In this document: positions 13,524-26,032 of the stretch, piece by piece
Layout of the letters: each line of letters opens with the position of its first letter
Position numbering within the stretch: position 1 is the first letter of the stretch
Assembly (NCBI GenBank): GCA_010909165.1
Contig: MU008154.1
Location: 124,001-188,000 of the forward strand
Length of the DNA: 64,000 nucleotides
Source of the DNA: Anthoceros angustus
Lineage: Eukaryota; Plantae; Anthocerotophyta
Reading direction: 5' to 3'
Position numbers and translations under genes: made by a program
The notes under the pieces: model-generated
Told to the model about the DNA's origin: nothing
The model's input: the letters and a program-made list of their open reading frames with translations, nothing else
Databases searched by the model: none

Positions 13524-14756
13524 CTCTTGTACCGCGGTCTACCTGCAAGATAGGCTGTCAACCCAGCACTCAAATCGACAATGTACAGTTCAAAGATGTA
13601 TCCTGAGGCTTCTACCTCGGGTCACACGTCCCTTCGACAGTTATGTTGCGCTTGGAAGGTGGAACGTACAAGGCTGGTATGTCAAGCAGGCCAGCCAGCA
13701 GGTTAGGAGACTTGGCACCATTAGCTTCTTCTTGTTCTGACCAGCACCGCCTATGCATGCTTGTACGGGAGAAATGGAAGACCTCGATGTGCATGCATGC
13801 CATGAAAGGCCACCATGCTCATCACTTACCTGTGGGACACAAAGTGCCCACCTACTTCAGCAGCTGTCACAACTGAAAATAGCCCTGGCAGTCTGCTTTT
13901 CTGGCAGAGTGAAGAGCGTTTCTGCTGTCGTCACCCCGCAGAACCCATCCGTCACTTTGAATGCGTCACATTGATGACAGCCTGCTAGCTTGGACCATGC
14001 CGACATTAGCAGTGAATCAGAGGACTGTGTTCTCTAAACCGGGCCTCGGTGCAGAGCAGGTCCATCGTTGCATAGCGGTGCACTGCGCAACGTACATCGA
14101 TGAAGCACAACCTCAAGGAAATGTCATCTCTCAGGTATACTTCCAGCAAAGCAAGGCTAGCCTGGATTGCTCAGAGGAAAGGGTCAACAGGATACCCGAG
14201 CCGTAAGAATTGTGAAGGCATGTCTTCTTTACAATCATGTGCAACGCGATCCAAAAAGGAACCTATAGATAGTTCCTATAGATGGAACCTATGGCAAGAT
14301 TGTTCGGCCAGGCAACCTTTTGCGTTCCTAAAAATCACAGAATACTCTCTCATGGATTCTGATCATGTCAAGTTCCCACTAGATCTGCAAGATTTTAAGG
14401 CTTTACCCTTGTACACGATATCAAAAGGATCTGCAACTTGCAATGCGCATCTGATTCCTTCGCTGGAAAGTAAAAAGGGGTTCACGATAAGGACAAGGGT
14501 ATGTGGACGGTAAGACAGCAAGGATGATCGTCGCCCATTTCTCGCAGAAGTGATCACCTGGTTGTGTCTCCCACCTTTTTTATATATATCTCCAAAAGCA
14601 ACGAGGAGGAAGGCTGTCATCACACATTTCAGATGTCTGCAGACCGATCAGCCACCAACCTAGCACTCCTACTGAACTCAGGATGTCTTCTCTACAAGGA
14701 GCTACCAAAAACTGGAGACCAGAAAGGAGAACGAGATGAACACACGGAGAACGTCA

Positions 14757-15381
14757 AGGTGAGAGCGTCGGCTGCCAGAGTCCCCATAATGTTCATGAGG
14801 TTGCGAGGGGCAAAGCCGAAGACCCAGCTGGGCCTGTGAGCGCTCTGCCAAGTGACCTTCCCGTTGGTCCTCTTCACCGCCTCCAGTGTCATGTCCTCCC
14901 GGTTGTGGTAGAAAGGGACCCAGGTAGAACTTGATCCCTGTTTGCAGCGTGATGTGTTCCAGGTTCCCATCCTCCTGCACAACTGCGTCCAGTGCGTCCT
15001 TGTACTTGGCTCCGTTCACCTTGATGTTCTCCTCCTCCTTCTCCCCTGCCAGCATCCATGTGGTCCAGAAATAGTGGGTCACATTTGTCAGGCGAGAGAG
15101 CTTCTCCAACGTGTCCTCCCGATTGAGTAGGTCCAGATAGATGTAGTGGAACACGCTGGCCCCTGCCTTCTTCGCGTCATGCTTCTCGCTGACTTCAGTC
15201 CTTGCTTTCTCCCGCAAGGCTTCCACTCTGAGCCAGCAAGGCTTGGGCCTCCTCGCAACGCCCTAGACCTTCCAAGGGTACCCAGGCGTGCTGGGACTCA
15301 GCAGGAGCTCAAGCAGAGCCTTGCCCACAATCTCTGCGACTCTCAGGATCAAAGCCACCTTGGGCCCCGTCACCTGTGCAT
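14757..15381 (-). pseudogene. Truncated PRISE/VEP1 pseudogene
   Basis: Homologous to the 16785-17999 copy (PKVALI..., DLLNREDTLEKL, THYFWTTW, EHITLQTGIKFYLGP, FGFAPRNLMNIMGTLA). Lesions: GxTGIVG changed to RVAEIVG, in-frame TAG at 15263-15265, deletion between the GPF and NFYH motifs, frameshift, and the C-terminal half is missing. Confidence 0.9.
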
Positions 15382-16107
15382 CCTCTTGTCTATAACTGCC
15401 CTGCTTTCAAGGTCCGGTGCTGAATGGTCAATGCGAGCCATACAGCAAAGAATTCATGAAAGTTCGAAATTCAGAAAGTTCTATTGCAAACAGGAAGACT
15501 TGTATCTAATTTACCGTGTAGCGGCCGCTTCCGGTGCCATTCACAAGGGACGTCATGCCGATGGTGTGGGGCTATTCCTGCTACAGTCACAACAATGTGC
15601 AAGTGAGAGAAGGTACATCACATCCTTATCAATTGTTGTTACCAAATGTTCACTTCCCAGTGCCCCAGGAGCTGCTACCAAGGTTAGATCCGATCTGGAC
15701 GGAGGCTTTGGGTGCAAAATTTTATGTTGACGCTACGAAGTGCAACCGCTACAGCTTCCTTTGAATCGTGTATTTGCATTATATACAGAACATGAACTTC
15801 ATCTATATCCACGCAAGGCAACCAGCTGACAGCTGCTCCTCTGCTGCCTCATCCTCCAGAATGTCATCCGACTTGTCTTGCAGTCCGAGAGCCAAGTTGC
15901 TGCTGACGAGGATCCACTGGAGGAATCGTCGAGATTCTAGCACTTTCTATCTCCGTTCCAAGGAAGCAATGACCACCTGAACGACAGCAGCTAATGTTGA
16001 GACGAATATTGGGATTCATACTCGCAACTTCTTTGCAATTTTGAGCAAGTATGAAATGCAGACAGTCCTCGATCATTTCAGCCTTGGATGTTGCTGCTTG
16101 CAAATTT

Positions 16108-16235
16108 TCACTTGACAAGAGCTTCTCGGCCGAGCCCTTGCAATACACGCATACCCAGCAATTCAGGGTCGTCCATGTTATCACATCGTTCCTCACTTGA
16201 GCTGTCAAAAACCTGGCGTGCATACCCCGTCCTCG
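16108..16235 (-). pseudogene. Relic of a PLS-class pentatricopeptide repeat (PPR) motif
   Basis: Joining frameshifted frames gives ARQVFDSS-E-NDVITWTTL-IAGYA--QGLGREAL, matching the plant PLS-PPR pattern ARxVFDxMxERDVVSWTAMIxGYAxxGxGxEAL. Confidence 0.55.
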
Positions 16236-16784
16236 TATGCAGCCAGTTTTCAATTCCGGACCGAAGTGAGCCCGAAGGGATTTTCATCAAAAAGAAAAAA
16301 GACCGGGATGTAGATGTAGAGCAGTAGCAGTATCCTTCGTCTGATTCCACGCTCGAACGGTCGAACTGGGGACCTGGGTGTGTGAGACTAGCGTGATAAC
16401 CAACAACAACAACAACAACTGCGTTATATATGTCGACTAATGGTGGAAGTGGCACCATGGGAAAAGGTACAGTGTAAAAGAAGTAGAAACACTATACCAC
16501 CATTCAGACAACTCCTACAACAGCAACCAGAATTTTACAGCTTGCAGCAATGCAATCGACTGGTTCGAGATCGTGTGCTGGAAATCCAAGGTCTTCGTTA
16601 AGAAGGCTCCTGGCACTTCTCCTATACAAGGGTGACAGTTGTAACACGTACTACAACGACTCAAACCAGAACGACTACACACAGATATTCAGGACTTCCA
16701 AGGATAGTAATCAGGGAAGATATGCAACTGGAATCCTGCGTCTACACAAGCCAGCAAGCAAAACACTCCCAAACTAGTATGAAA

Positions 16785-17999
16785 CTACTGCACAGGTATG
16801 ATCCTGTGCTTCTTCATCTCGTCAATCACACCTTGCATGCTGTCCTCGGTATCCCTCCAGCCAAGGAAGCCGAATTTTCGGCTCTTGTTCATGCTGCTCA
16901 CAAACTCCGCTTTGAGGTGCGTGGCATAATCCGCAAACCACCAGTGCGCAACCTCATCCAGCTTGGTGGGCTCCAGATCGTACTTCTTCACAATGGCCTC
17001 CCAGGTGGAGGCCTTGTCTTTCATAACATCCTTGAAACTGGATTCATGCCCGTCCTCGTACGCGGGAGCATCCAGGTGGAAAATGCTAGCCAGCTTATGC
17101 CACATCCTCTTCCAGCTGAAGACATCGCCGTTGGAGATGTTAAATGCCTGGTTCTTGGCACGGGGATCCAATGCAGCCCACACTTCCTGCTCAGCAATGA
17201 GACCTGCGTCGGAGGCGTCAAACAGATGCTCCCAGCAGAAGCGGTTGCCGGGGAAGGCGAAGGGCATGTTGTCGTGCTTGCAGATGACGGCATACACAGC
17301 CAAGGTCCCCACCAGGTTCATGTAGTTTCGCGGCGCAAAGCCCAGGATGAAGGTTGGGCGGTGCTCGGACCATGTCACCCTGCCGTTGGTCCTCTTTACT
17401 GCTTCCAGCGTGAGATCCTGCTGGGTGTGGTAGAAATTTGCAGCAGGCCTGCGAGGCTCGTCCTCCGAGAACGGGAGGTCGGGCACGCAGATCTTGCCGA
17501 TGGATTCGAAGGGGCCTTGGTAGTACTTGGTCCCCGTTTGCAGCACGATGTGCTCCAGCTTCCCGTCCTCCTTGACGATTGCGTCCAGGGCGTTTTTGTA
17601 GATGGCGCCGTTCACTCGGATGTTGTCCTCCTCCTTCCCGCCCCCCGGGATCCATGTCATCCAGAAGAAGTGGGTGACGTCGTCGAGCTTGCCCAGCTTC
17701 TCCAGGGTCTCCTCCCGGTTCTGGAGATCCACTTGGATATACTGGAACACGCTGGTTTCCGCTGAAGCCTTTTTATCTCCTTCCTCGGAGACGGAGGCTC
17801 CTGTTCTCTCTTCAAGGCCCTCGACCTTGAGCCAATTGGGCCTGGGCCTGAGGGCCACTCCATACACCTTCCAGGGATACCCGGGAGTGCTGGGATTGAG
17901 CAAGAGCTCGAGCACGGCCTTGCCCACTATGCCTGTGACTCCCATTATGAGAGCCACCTTGGGTTCCCGATCATCTCGGGAGGACTGCAGCCACATCAT
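16785..17999 (-). CDS. VEP1: PRISE family (VEP1-like) SDR, second intact paralog, ~404 aa, intronless
   Basis: Motifs: VALIMGVTGIVG, PWKVYGVA, DVTHFFW, QTGTKYYQGPF, NFYH, TWSEHRP, DASDAGLIAEQ, NISNGDVFSW, SMNKSRKFGF. Start taken at the ATG at 17999 (MMWLQ); the ORF-track extension upstream is non-ATG and non-homologous. Confidence 0.95.
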   Translation of the reverse strand: MMWLQSSRDDREPKVALIMGVTGIVGKAVLELLLNPSTPGYPWKVYGVALRPRPNWLKVEGLEERTGASVSEEGDKKASAETSVFQYIQVDLQNREETLEKLGKLDDVTHFFWMTWIPGGGKEEDNIRVNGAIYKNALDAIVKEDGKLEHIVLQTGTKYYQGPFESIGKICVPDLPFSEDEPRRPAANFYHTQQDLTLEAVKRTNGRVTWSEHRPTFILGFAPRNYMNLVGTLAVYAVICKHDNMPFAFPGNRFCWEHLFDASDAGLIAEQEVWAALDPRAKNQAFNISNGDVFSWKRMWHKLASIFHLDAPAYEDGHESSFKDVMKDKASTWEAIVKKYDLEPTKLDEVAHWWFADYATHLKAEFVSSMNKSRKFGFLGWRDTEDSMQGVIDEMKKHRIIPVQ

Positions 18000-20900
18000 G
18001 CCACTCAATTCAGCGGATGTAGAGTGAGTGCGTGCAGGCTGATGCAGTGACACAGATCGACAATCATGTATGCATGTGCACATGGCAAACAAACAGAGAA
18101 GTAGGGAAGGCCCATGTGAATGTCGAGGAAGACTACCAGTCGTTCAAAGCGCTTGGTGATTGGAGTGACCAGATCTTTAACAACAGACGTCATGGTGTTG
18201 TATCCCTGCACGAGAAGTTGCAGCAACCAGGACATTGATAAGGCTAGCAAGCTGCAGAGACGAGGCAGTGCTCACATGCAAAGAAATTGGAGGAAAGGAT
18301 GCAGGCCAAGCTAGCCTTGTTAAGTTGATTCCAGTTTGGAAAATTGTGGAGAAGCCTTACCTTACCACCAGCGGTCGATCGCAACAGTTGAAGGGGAGGA
18401 GTGTTCAAACAGAATGTGGCGGGCGAGGGGAACAATGGAAATCCAGGCTGAACGTCCAGTAGGGGTTGCAAAGTGTCCGACGAGATGACGCTGTGTGACT
18501 TCTGTCCACCTCTCCTTATGGCGAATGCTGGACACGTTGCTGCTGACGAGGTGCTCCAATTTGTGAAATTGCGGAAAACGAGGCAAGGTGAAGTGCACTT
18601 GCTATACTCCGAACGACACAGTTGGGTGCCAGCATTGTAATACCAGGCCGGGACTGAAGGTGCCAGATCAGTTGCAGGTGCTGTGGTGGGTGTTAGCTGC
18701 AGTCTCTTGTAGTGAAGCTTCAGTGAGTAGATACTAGCTGGTTGTGAAATGTGATTTCGGAAAAAAGTGGAAGCCCAGGCATCGCAAGCTGGAAAGTTGC
18801 TCTCACAAGAGACTTGTTTGGTGTGCATGGTCCGAGTACTTGCAAGCAGGTGCGGCAGGTATGGTTGGGACATGAAATTGCTTTCAGGCATTTTTGAAGT
18901 GGTAAAGCAGGTAAAGCCAGGTACATGGTTTTGGATCAGAAGGGATGGAGTGAGCCATGAGATAGCACAACATGGAAGCAGACCAGGAAAGGAAAGTCTG
19001 GAAAGCATAGCATGATATACATGTAAGTTTTGTGGAGGGTGGCCACTGCTGGCCTGGCTTGGCGGTTGGTGGGTGTAAGAGGAAGGGTGGCAAGTCAGTG
19101 GCGAGAATAATCTGCACCCTTGTGTGATGATGACCAGACATGAAGAAGTCGGTTATGTGGTGCGAGGGCTGCGCTGATGTGCTGTGGTTACAGAGTGGTG
19201 GTGGCAGGGGCAGGAGGGAGTAGGTGCTGGGAAAAAAAATGGGGAGCTCGCAGCTCGTTTTCAGTGTGTCCTCCCTACATCCATAAGACCAGTAGTGATG
19301 CAATCGTCCCGCCGTCCGGTACAGGAAAGTGAGTGTAAGAGCGAAACCGAGAGCATGACAGATTAGATAGCGAGGAGCAAGGGTTGCATGGTGGAGTAGA
19401 GGGCAAGGGGAAATTAGTTGGGGGGTCGGGGCCAGCACGAGGGTGTTGCAGGGAAACCAACAGCATGGCGGGCTGTGTAACCGAAAAGAAAAAAGAGGGT
19501 GAAGAAGAGGCCGCGTCTTGAATGCTCCCAGCAGCAGTCCGCACGGCGTGTACCGGCAGGGAGCATATGAATGCGGGTCGGGTGGAGTGTGGGAGTGTTT
19601 GCGCCCGGGACAGGCTGGGCGCCTGGGCTGGGTGGGCACATTCACATGGTGCCGAGTTGATGACATGAGCCCAGATCAGTGAAGCCTCTTCTCCTTGTCC
19701 ATATCTATAGACCAATTACTGCATCAGCTGACCATCCATCCATCCATCCATTCCTGCATGCATAATAATATCCATCCAACTAAAGTAGTCAGAAAGAGTG
19801 CCGGCACTGAGAGCGCGATGAAACCCTAGGCCTCAGGCTATGGTGGCGTGACGGCTCCGGCTCTGGCCCCGGCTCCGAGTCCTTGCCGCTGGAGAGCAGA
19901 GCGCAGGACGGCAGAGCAGGTAGTTGCGGTGAAGGAGCAGGGCATGATTCCGTGTTGCATGTACCAGCGACTTGGACGAAGATTCGTCGGGCGGGCAGAG
20001 GCAGGCGGTTAGTTGCCCTCTCTCACATTCATCAGGGTCTCGTCTTGAAGCAAACAAACCAGCAGCGTGCAGTACAGATGTCTACTAATCTCCGCCTGCG
20101 CCTGTGCCTGTGCTTGTGCCAGGGCCTGGGCCTGGGCCTGAGCCTGAGCCTGAGCCTGAGCCAGGGCCAGGGCCTCAGGCTTCATCACTCCACCCACTCC
20201 AGCAAGGACCGGATGACGGCATGCCACCCTTGTGATGAGGAGCGCACAAGGCCGGTGTTTAGTGTAGATACGGAAACTCCCGGCCTCGTTTACGAACGGG
20301 ACGGGTTCGAATTTCACTCCGGTCGCTTACGCGGCATAATAATAATTATATGCATACGACACACGGAGCGGGTTTTACTGGCTTTCGCCGGGAGCGGCGC
20401 ATGGGCTATCGCTTCGCTTCGGTGCTGGCGCTGCTGAGGCTGAGTAGCTGGCCGGGTGGCAGAGGAAGGGGCCAGACGCAACAGAGGGGCGCCTGTGCCA
20501 AGGCGCAGCAGCAGCATCAGCAGGTGCGCGGGCGCGGCCCGGTCCGGGCCGGCCAGGACCCCTAGAGTCATGATGAAACGGACGCCTGCGCGGTTACGTT
20601 AACCGGGAGCAGCGGGGTATGGTAACCAAAGGCCGGTGTACCGGTCCCGCGGTCCCGCCGCGGGGGCCCGGCTGAAGGTGCGCCAAAAAAGAAGGAATCG
20701 AGGCGCGCGGCCCGAATCGGGCCGTAGGCCTTGCCCGCAAATGATGGCAGTGCACTCGAATACACTAGCCCCCGCCCCGGGGGCCGGGGCAGGGCCAGGG
20801 CCAGGGCCAGGAGGCAGTGGCTGGGGCCACTTTGAGCAGCGCGCCCGTTTCAGGCCTCTGCCATGCTCTGCACCCCACTGACTGGCCCTGTGAGCTGTGC

Positions 20901-21069
20901 CGGCCCGCTTCGGGCCTCGCCCCACACGCCACCCCCCCTTACAGGGCCCCGAGGGCCCAGTCCCCACCTGTAGCTCTGCAGGGTAACGCATCATAAATCT
21001 TGTCTCCCTCCCGACTCCCGACTCCCGACTCCCTTGCCCCGCCCTCACGTTACCTCCCGCTTCGCCTCC

Positions 21070-21180
21070 CCCGTTTAGGGTTACGGCTCACTTAGCGCAA
21101 GGGTTTGGGGTTTTGTCACGCCTAGGGTTCACAGGGTCAGGGTTAGGGTTAGGGTTAACACGGTTGTTTAGGGTTTGGGG
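21070..21180. promoter_or_regulatory. Cluster of telo-box / interstitial telomere-like repeats
   Basis: TTTAGGG at ~21073, AGGGTTAGGGTTAGGGTTA at 21139-21157 and TTTAGGGTTT at ~21167. Further telo-boxes at ~19821, ~21897 and ~25693. Confidence 0.5.
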
Positions 21181-24100
21181 CTGGCGCGGATGCCCATACC
21201 GGGTTGGATCGGGGGAGGAGATTTTCTGACGAAGGACGCTTCGTGAAACCTTCGCCTCCGCCGGTAACGTATGTCTCGAAGTCGGCTGCAGGCAGCCTGC
21301 AGCCGATATGACATTGACTTTATGGTGGCCCGGCAGCCCGGGGTACGGGGACCGTCACCGCGGCAGCAGCAGCAGCAGCCGCAGCAGGCAGGCAGCGCGG
21401 CCAGCAGCAGCAGGAGCGGCAGGGGCAGCGGCAGCGGCAGCGGCAGGGGCAGCAGGAGCAGGAGCAGGAGCAGCCAGCAGGCAGGCGGGCAGCGCTTTTT
21501 CTCCCTTTTTTCCTTGCATTGCGTGTTATCGCAATTGCGCTGCACAAACACACAAACACTGGAGCGGCAGAAGCGAGACGGTATTACGCCTGCGGGACCC
21601 CTCCGAGTGAGACGCGGAGTCGACTTCCCGGCGACTCCACCTCAAGTCGGAGTCGGGCCGCCGACCCAACTCCGACCGGGACCGGGACCGGGACCGGGAC
21701 CGAGACCGGGACCGGGACCGAGACGGCCTGCCTGCCTTGCATGCGCGGCACATATCTGTTGCATATATCCCCATGTGATCTGTGTCCTGGAGGCCGGTGA
21801 CGGGCCTGCCGTGCGGAAGAGGAGAGAGAGCGGGTTTCTGCCACCAACACGGAAAGACGGAAGATAGAAACACGCATGGGTCATGCACTCGAAACATTTT
21901 AGGGTTTAGCAACATTTTAGCGGCCGCCATGACGGGCGCCTGCGCCTGCCGGCCGCCTCACGTCACCGCCGCCGACTCCGACACTTCCACCGCCCCCATT
22001 GGCCGCCTCCGCCTCCGCCACGGCTTTCATCACCGTCGGCCACCTGCAGCCGCCCGTTCCGTTCCACTGGCCGGGGCCCGGCCGGAGCCAGTTCTTGACC
22101 TGCCCTGACCTGACGTGGCGCGGCGGGCGGGGACGGGCGACGGCCGGGGACGACGGGCGACGGGCGGGGACGACGGGAGACGACGGGTGGAGGTCAGGAC
22201 GGGGTGACGGGAGGCGAAGGCGAGCTCTGCTCTGCGGCTGGCCAGTGGAGCGAGGCCTGTCGCCAGTGGCCGCCTGTGTGGCTGGGAGAGACGTACGAGA
22301 GGTACTCGAGAGCGCGCGCGGCACCGCGGCCCAATGCGGGCTGCCCGAATCGGGTCGAATCCTCCGCCCAGCGACACACCGCCACACATGATGGATGGAT
22401 GGAGCGGCCCGATTCGGGCCGCGCAAACGCCAGCGCCAGCGCCCGCGCCCGCGCCAGCGCCAGCGCCCGCGCCTGGTACAAAGGTAACTTTATATTCCTT
22501 CCCTCCCACCAGTGACCAGTTGCAAGCCCGAAACAGGCCGCGCACCGGCAACGGCAGAGGCCAGGCGCCAGACGCCAGAGCAGCAGCCAGGGCGGCGAAT
22601 CAATCACCCCGCCCTCTGCCCCTTTATTTTACTCATTCATCTGTGTAGCGTAGCGTAGTGGCCACTGTCCCGCAGCCCCAGTCGGGCCGGCCCGCTTCCT
22701 TCCGCTTTCCGCTCCACCACTCCTGTGGCCTCTGCCATCTCTATTATTCGCATACCTCCAAAAGCGTCAATTCCTGTGTCACCAACGTTCCGCTCACATA
22801 TCTCGCCTCCTTCTCCGTTCCCACTGGGCCACACACAATGTGGTGTTTTGTGTTTCATTTATCCTGGCGTGAACGATGATGCGTGACTTCCTGCGCGCCA
22901 GATAATGATAACGCTGGTTTAGAACAGGTTCCCTCGGCTATGTACAACAAGCCCGCCCGCCCGCACATCCCTCCGGCTTTCCTTTCCCACACGTAACGTA
23001 ACAGGACCTGGACCAGTAAAACTGCGCTCTGCTCTGCAGCCTGCAGTGCAACTGCAGTAGTAGCACACCTTTCACCTACCCACATCGAGGTCCCTATTAT
23101 TAGTAGGCGGGACAGGCCCAGGCCCAGGCCTGGCCGAGGCCCGAGTCAGGCCGCCTGCAAAAGCGTGCCTCCCAGCAGATGGCCCATCGCCGACCTACAA
23201 ATGTACATCCTGTACGCTTCTGCACGCCTGCTGCTGCCTCGAGCCTCGACTTTGTTGGGTCTTGTTACAGGATAACAATAATATTACAGGCTTGCTTGTT
23301 CCAGAAGCCTGACAAGGCTTCCCTTCCCTTCCCTTCCCTTCCTTGCCCTGTTTCCGCAGGCTCTACGCTACGATTAACAAAACAGAAACAGCCCAGTAAC
23401 TTCTATGCATGTCGGGAAGACTCGGGCTCCTGCTCCTTCCCCTGTCAAGCCCGGTCCCGACCTTCCGACCCGGGCGCACGGTGCCGGTGCCGGGGCCGGG
23501 TAGCAACCCAGACAAGTCGCGACCCGTGACTGGGCCCTCCTGCTGCCAGTCACATGACGCAGCATTGCGATTTGCAAGGGAAGGGAAGGGAAGGGAAGGC
23601 AAGGAAAGGAAAGGGAAGGAAAGGAAAGGGAATCTCGTCTCCCTCTCTGCGTCTCGTGGATTCCATTTTCGATTCGACAGTCGACTCGCCCCTTCCCCTG
23701 CAACCCTGCAAAGCAGCAGGCAGCAGGCAGCAGGCAACAGGCAGCGGGCTCCTGCCCTGCCGCCCTCTCTTTCATCGATTGCTCAAATATACTATTGTAA
23801 GGTAACAGCGAGGTGATAAGAAAGCGCGGCCTCAAATTTCACGCCCACCAAGGGCCAGGCCCATAATCCCCTGCCCCTGACACCGCTTCAAGTTCCCCTG
23901 CCCTGGCCCCTCACAGATGCCATTCCCCTCTCTCTCTCTCTATCTCTACACCATCATGATCCCCAACCAGCCCACCCCCGATTATGCTTTTCTGTATTAG
24001 GCCGCCCAGCTTTTACATGATGCATACAAATCTAGTCTAGTCTGGGTGCGCCAGCCCAGGCCCGCCCCAAATGATGGGCCACGGCCTCCCCGTCATGATG

Positions 24101-25887
24101 CCGCCCCGGGAACCCCGCCCAGTCAGCCGGTCAACATCTCCCGCTTATACTCCTCTAATATTCCTCCTCCCTCCACTTACTTACTATTTTTACATCCCAT
24201 CACAACCTCCAGTAACAGCTCACTAATATTTCCTCCCCTCGTCCCGCAGCGCTAACACGTTTCATCACCGATCCCTCCTGAATAGAAAGGAAGGAAAGCA
24301 AACGCGTACAAGGACGCCGAAGCCCGAAGCTACAGGCGCGGTTCGTCGCTCCCTCACGGCCTCGGATTCGGCTCAGGTTCGTGTCGGTATTTGTTTTCCG
24401 TTTTAGTATATGTGGCGTACACAGGGTCACGAAGCGCAAGGCGGGAGGCGCACGCGCGTCGCGTCTCCCGGTCACCCCGCCGCGGCGCCTGGATCTGGAC
24501 GCGGACGCGGACGCAGACGCCCATCATACGGCTGCCCGCCACGTCAGCCCCAGGGCCGCCCATCGCCCGCCACGTGGTGCGCAGGGGCCGCGTGCGCGCC
24601 GGGCCGGGCCGGGCCGGGCCGGGCCGGGCCGGGCTGCCCCCACTTGTACCATCAAGCCGTCATCCTGCATCTTATTCTATTCCGAAAACAGCCCCCCGCC
24701 TTGGTGTGTCGCATAAGTTACATACTGTACCTGTTTTCGGTTTTCCAACGCCTTGATAAAAGCAAATAACACCAGAAATTCTGGCACCCCATTAATGAAC
24801 TTATAGGCCGCTAAAAAATGTGTGCATAACGGAGATGCGTGCCTGCATTTGTACTGCTATTTGTTTACTATAGTTATACAACAAGAGTATCTGATCCATA
24901 TCTTGTTATATTGTATCTGGATAATATATAGTATATCAGTATTTCTATTTATATTTCATGTATACCATTATGTAATGCAGAAAGGTGGGATAGCTTCATA
25001 TCTTCCCTAGAAAAATGTGGAGGAAGACATCTCAAGTTCTTCTCTCCATGGTTTTGGATGCCATTTGGAGTTTGGAGTGTACCTCCAAGATCTGTTTTAG
25101 CTTAGATGGTGTATCTGCTAACCGTTTTTCAATTTACATATCTACTAACCGTTTCTGAATTTGGACCTAAGATGAAGTAGCAAGGGATCTTAGCACCATA
25201 GTCTCCCCATTCACGTCCCGTTATTCTGGCGTGCGCCGATTTTCCTTCAGGGAATGTTATTCTGGGGTAGGCCGATTTCCCTTCAGCAGACCTATATGAA
25301 AGTTGGTTAGTATTTGTTAGGCGTATTGGAAGGAAGCTATGGGTCACAGGCGGGGGATTAGGTGTGTTTTATGGGGATGTGGGTACACGTACAACGTAAT
25401 GATCCGGAGGAAGCGAAAGGCGGAAGGGAAGACGGACGACTTGCTTGACCCCGGAGGAAGAGATTTCGGGGCCCGACGTTCTTGACTCGCGTGGTGAGGG
25501 TGGAGTGGAGTCGAGTGGAGTGCGACTCGCAGCCTTGTCGGTGCGAGTGTCGCCTGCCCACCGGCAAAAGCAACGCTGCCGCTGAGCGCGCGCGGCGCGC
25601 CCCCGTTTATCTATGCGCAGCGCGTAGATCTGTGGTAGGCCCCGACCGGGCACCGTGCCCCGGGCCCCGTTCCGTGGCGCTGGGTAAAAGAAAAACCCTA
25701 AAGGGAAAGGAAAGGCCCGTCTTTCCCGGCAGAGGCGTGCGAGGGGGCCAGGGCATGCCGTGCTTACCGGCCATTTATTCGCGTGTTGTGGCCCATTTCC
25801 GGGCTGTGAGCAGGCAGCGAAGCAGTAAATGGGTGAGTGAGGATCATGATCATGCGTGTGGGTCCTGGGCTGCATGGCATCATTGGC

Positions 25888-26032
25888 GGCAGGGGCAGGG
25901 GCAGGGCAGGGGCCGGGGCAGGGGCAGGGGCCGGGGCAGGGGCAGGCGGAGGGGCAGGGGCAGGGGCAGGGGCAGGGCAGGGGCAGGGGCAGGGGCAGGG
26001 GCAGGGGCAGGGGCAGGGGCAGGGGCAGGGCA
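25888..26032 (+). repeat. (GGGGCA)n G-rich microsatellite
   Basis: About 145 bp of near-perfect GGGGCA/GGGCA units. Confidence 0.95.

Noticed and set aside
16632-17765. 377-aa plus-strand ORF
   Set aside because: Antisense shadow of the GC3-rich PRISE CDS.
18244-19008. 254-aa minus-strand ORF, with faint LRR-like phrases in neighbouring frames (LPRFPQFHKLEHL)
   Set aside because: No coherent domain or splice structure; possibly a decayed gene but not supportable.
21895-21912. CTAAACCCTAAA on the minus strand as a telomerase RNA template
   Set aside because: No USE/TATA Pol III promoter at a suitable distance; better explained as a telo-box.
23078-23103. ACCCACATCG resembling the plant snRNA USE element
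   Set aside because: The TATA-like sequence is only ~7 nt away, the wrong spacing, and no snRNA sequence follows.
24783-25380. AT-richer patch with weak inverted ends, suggesting a MITE
   Set aside because: Terminal similarity is too poor and no target-site duplication was identified.
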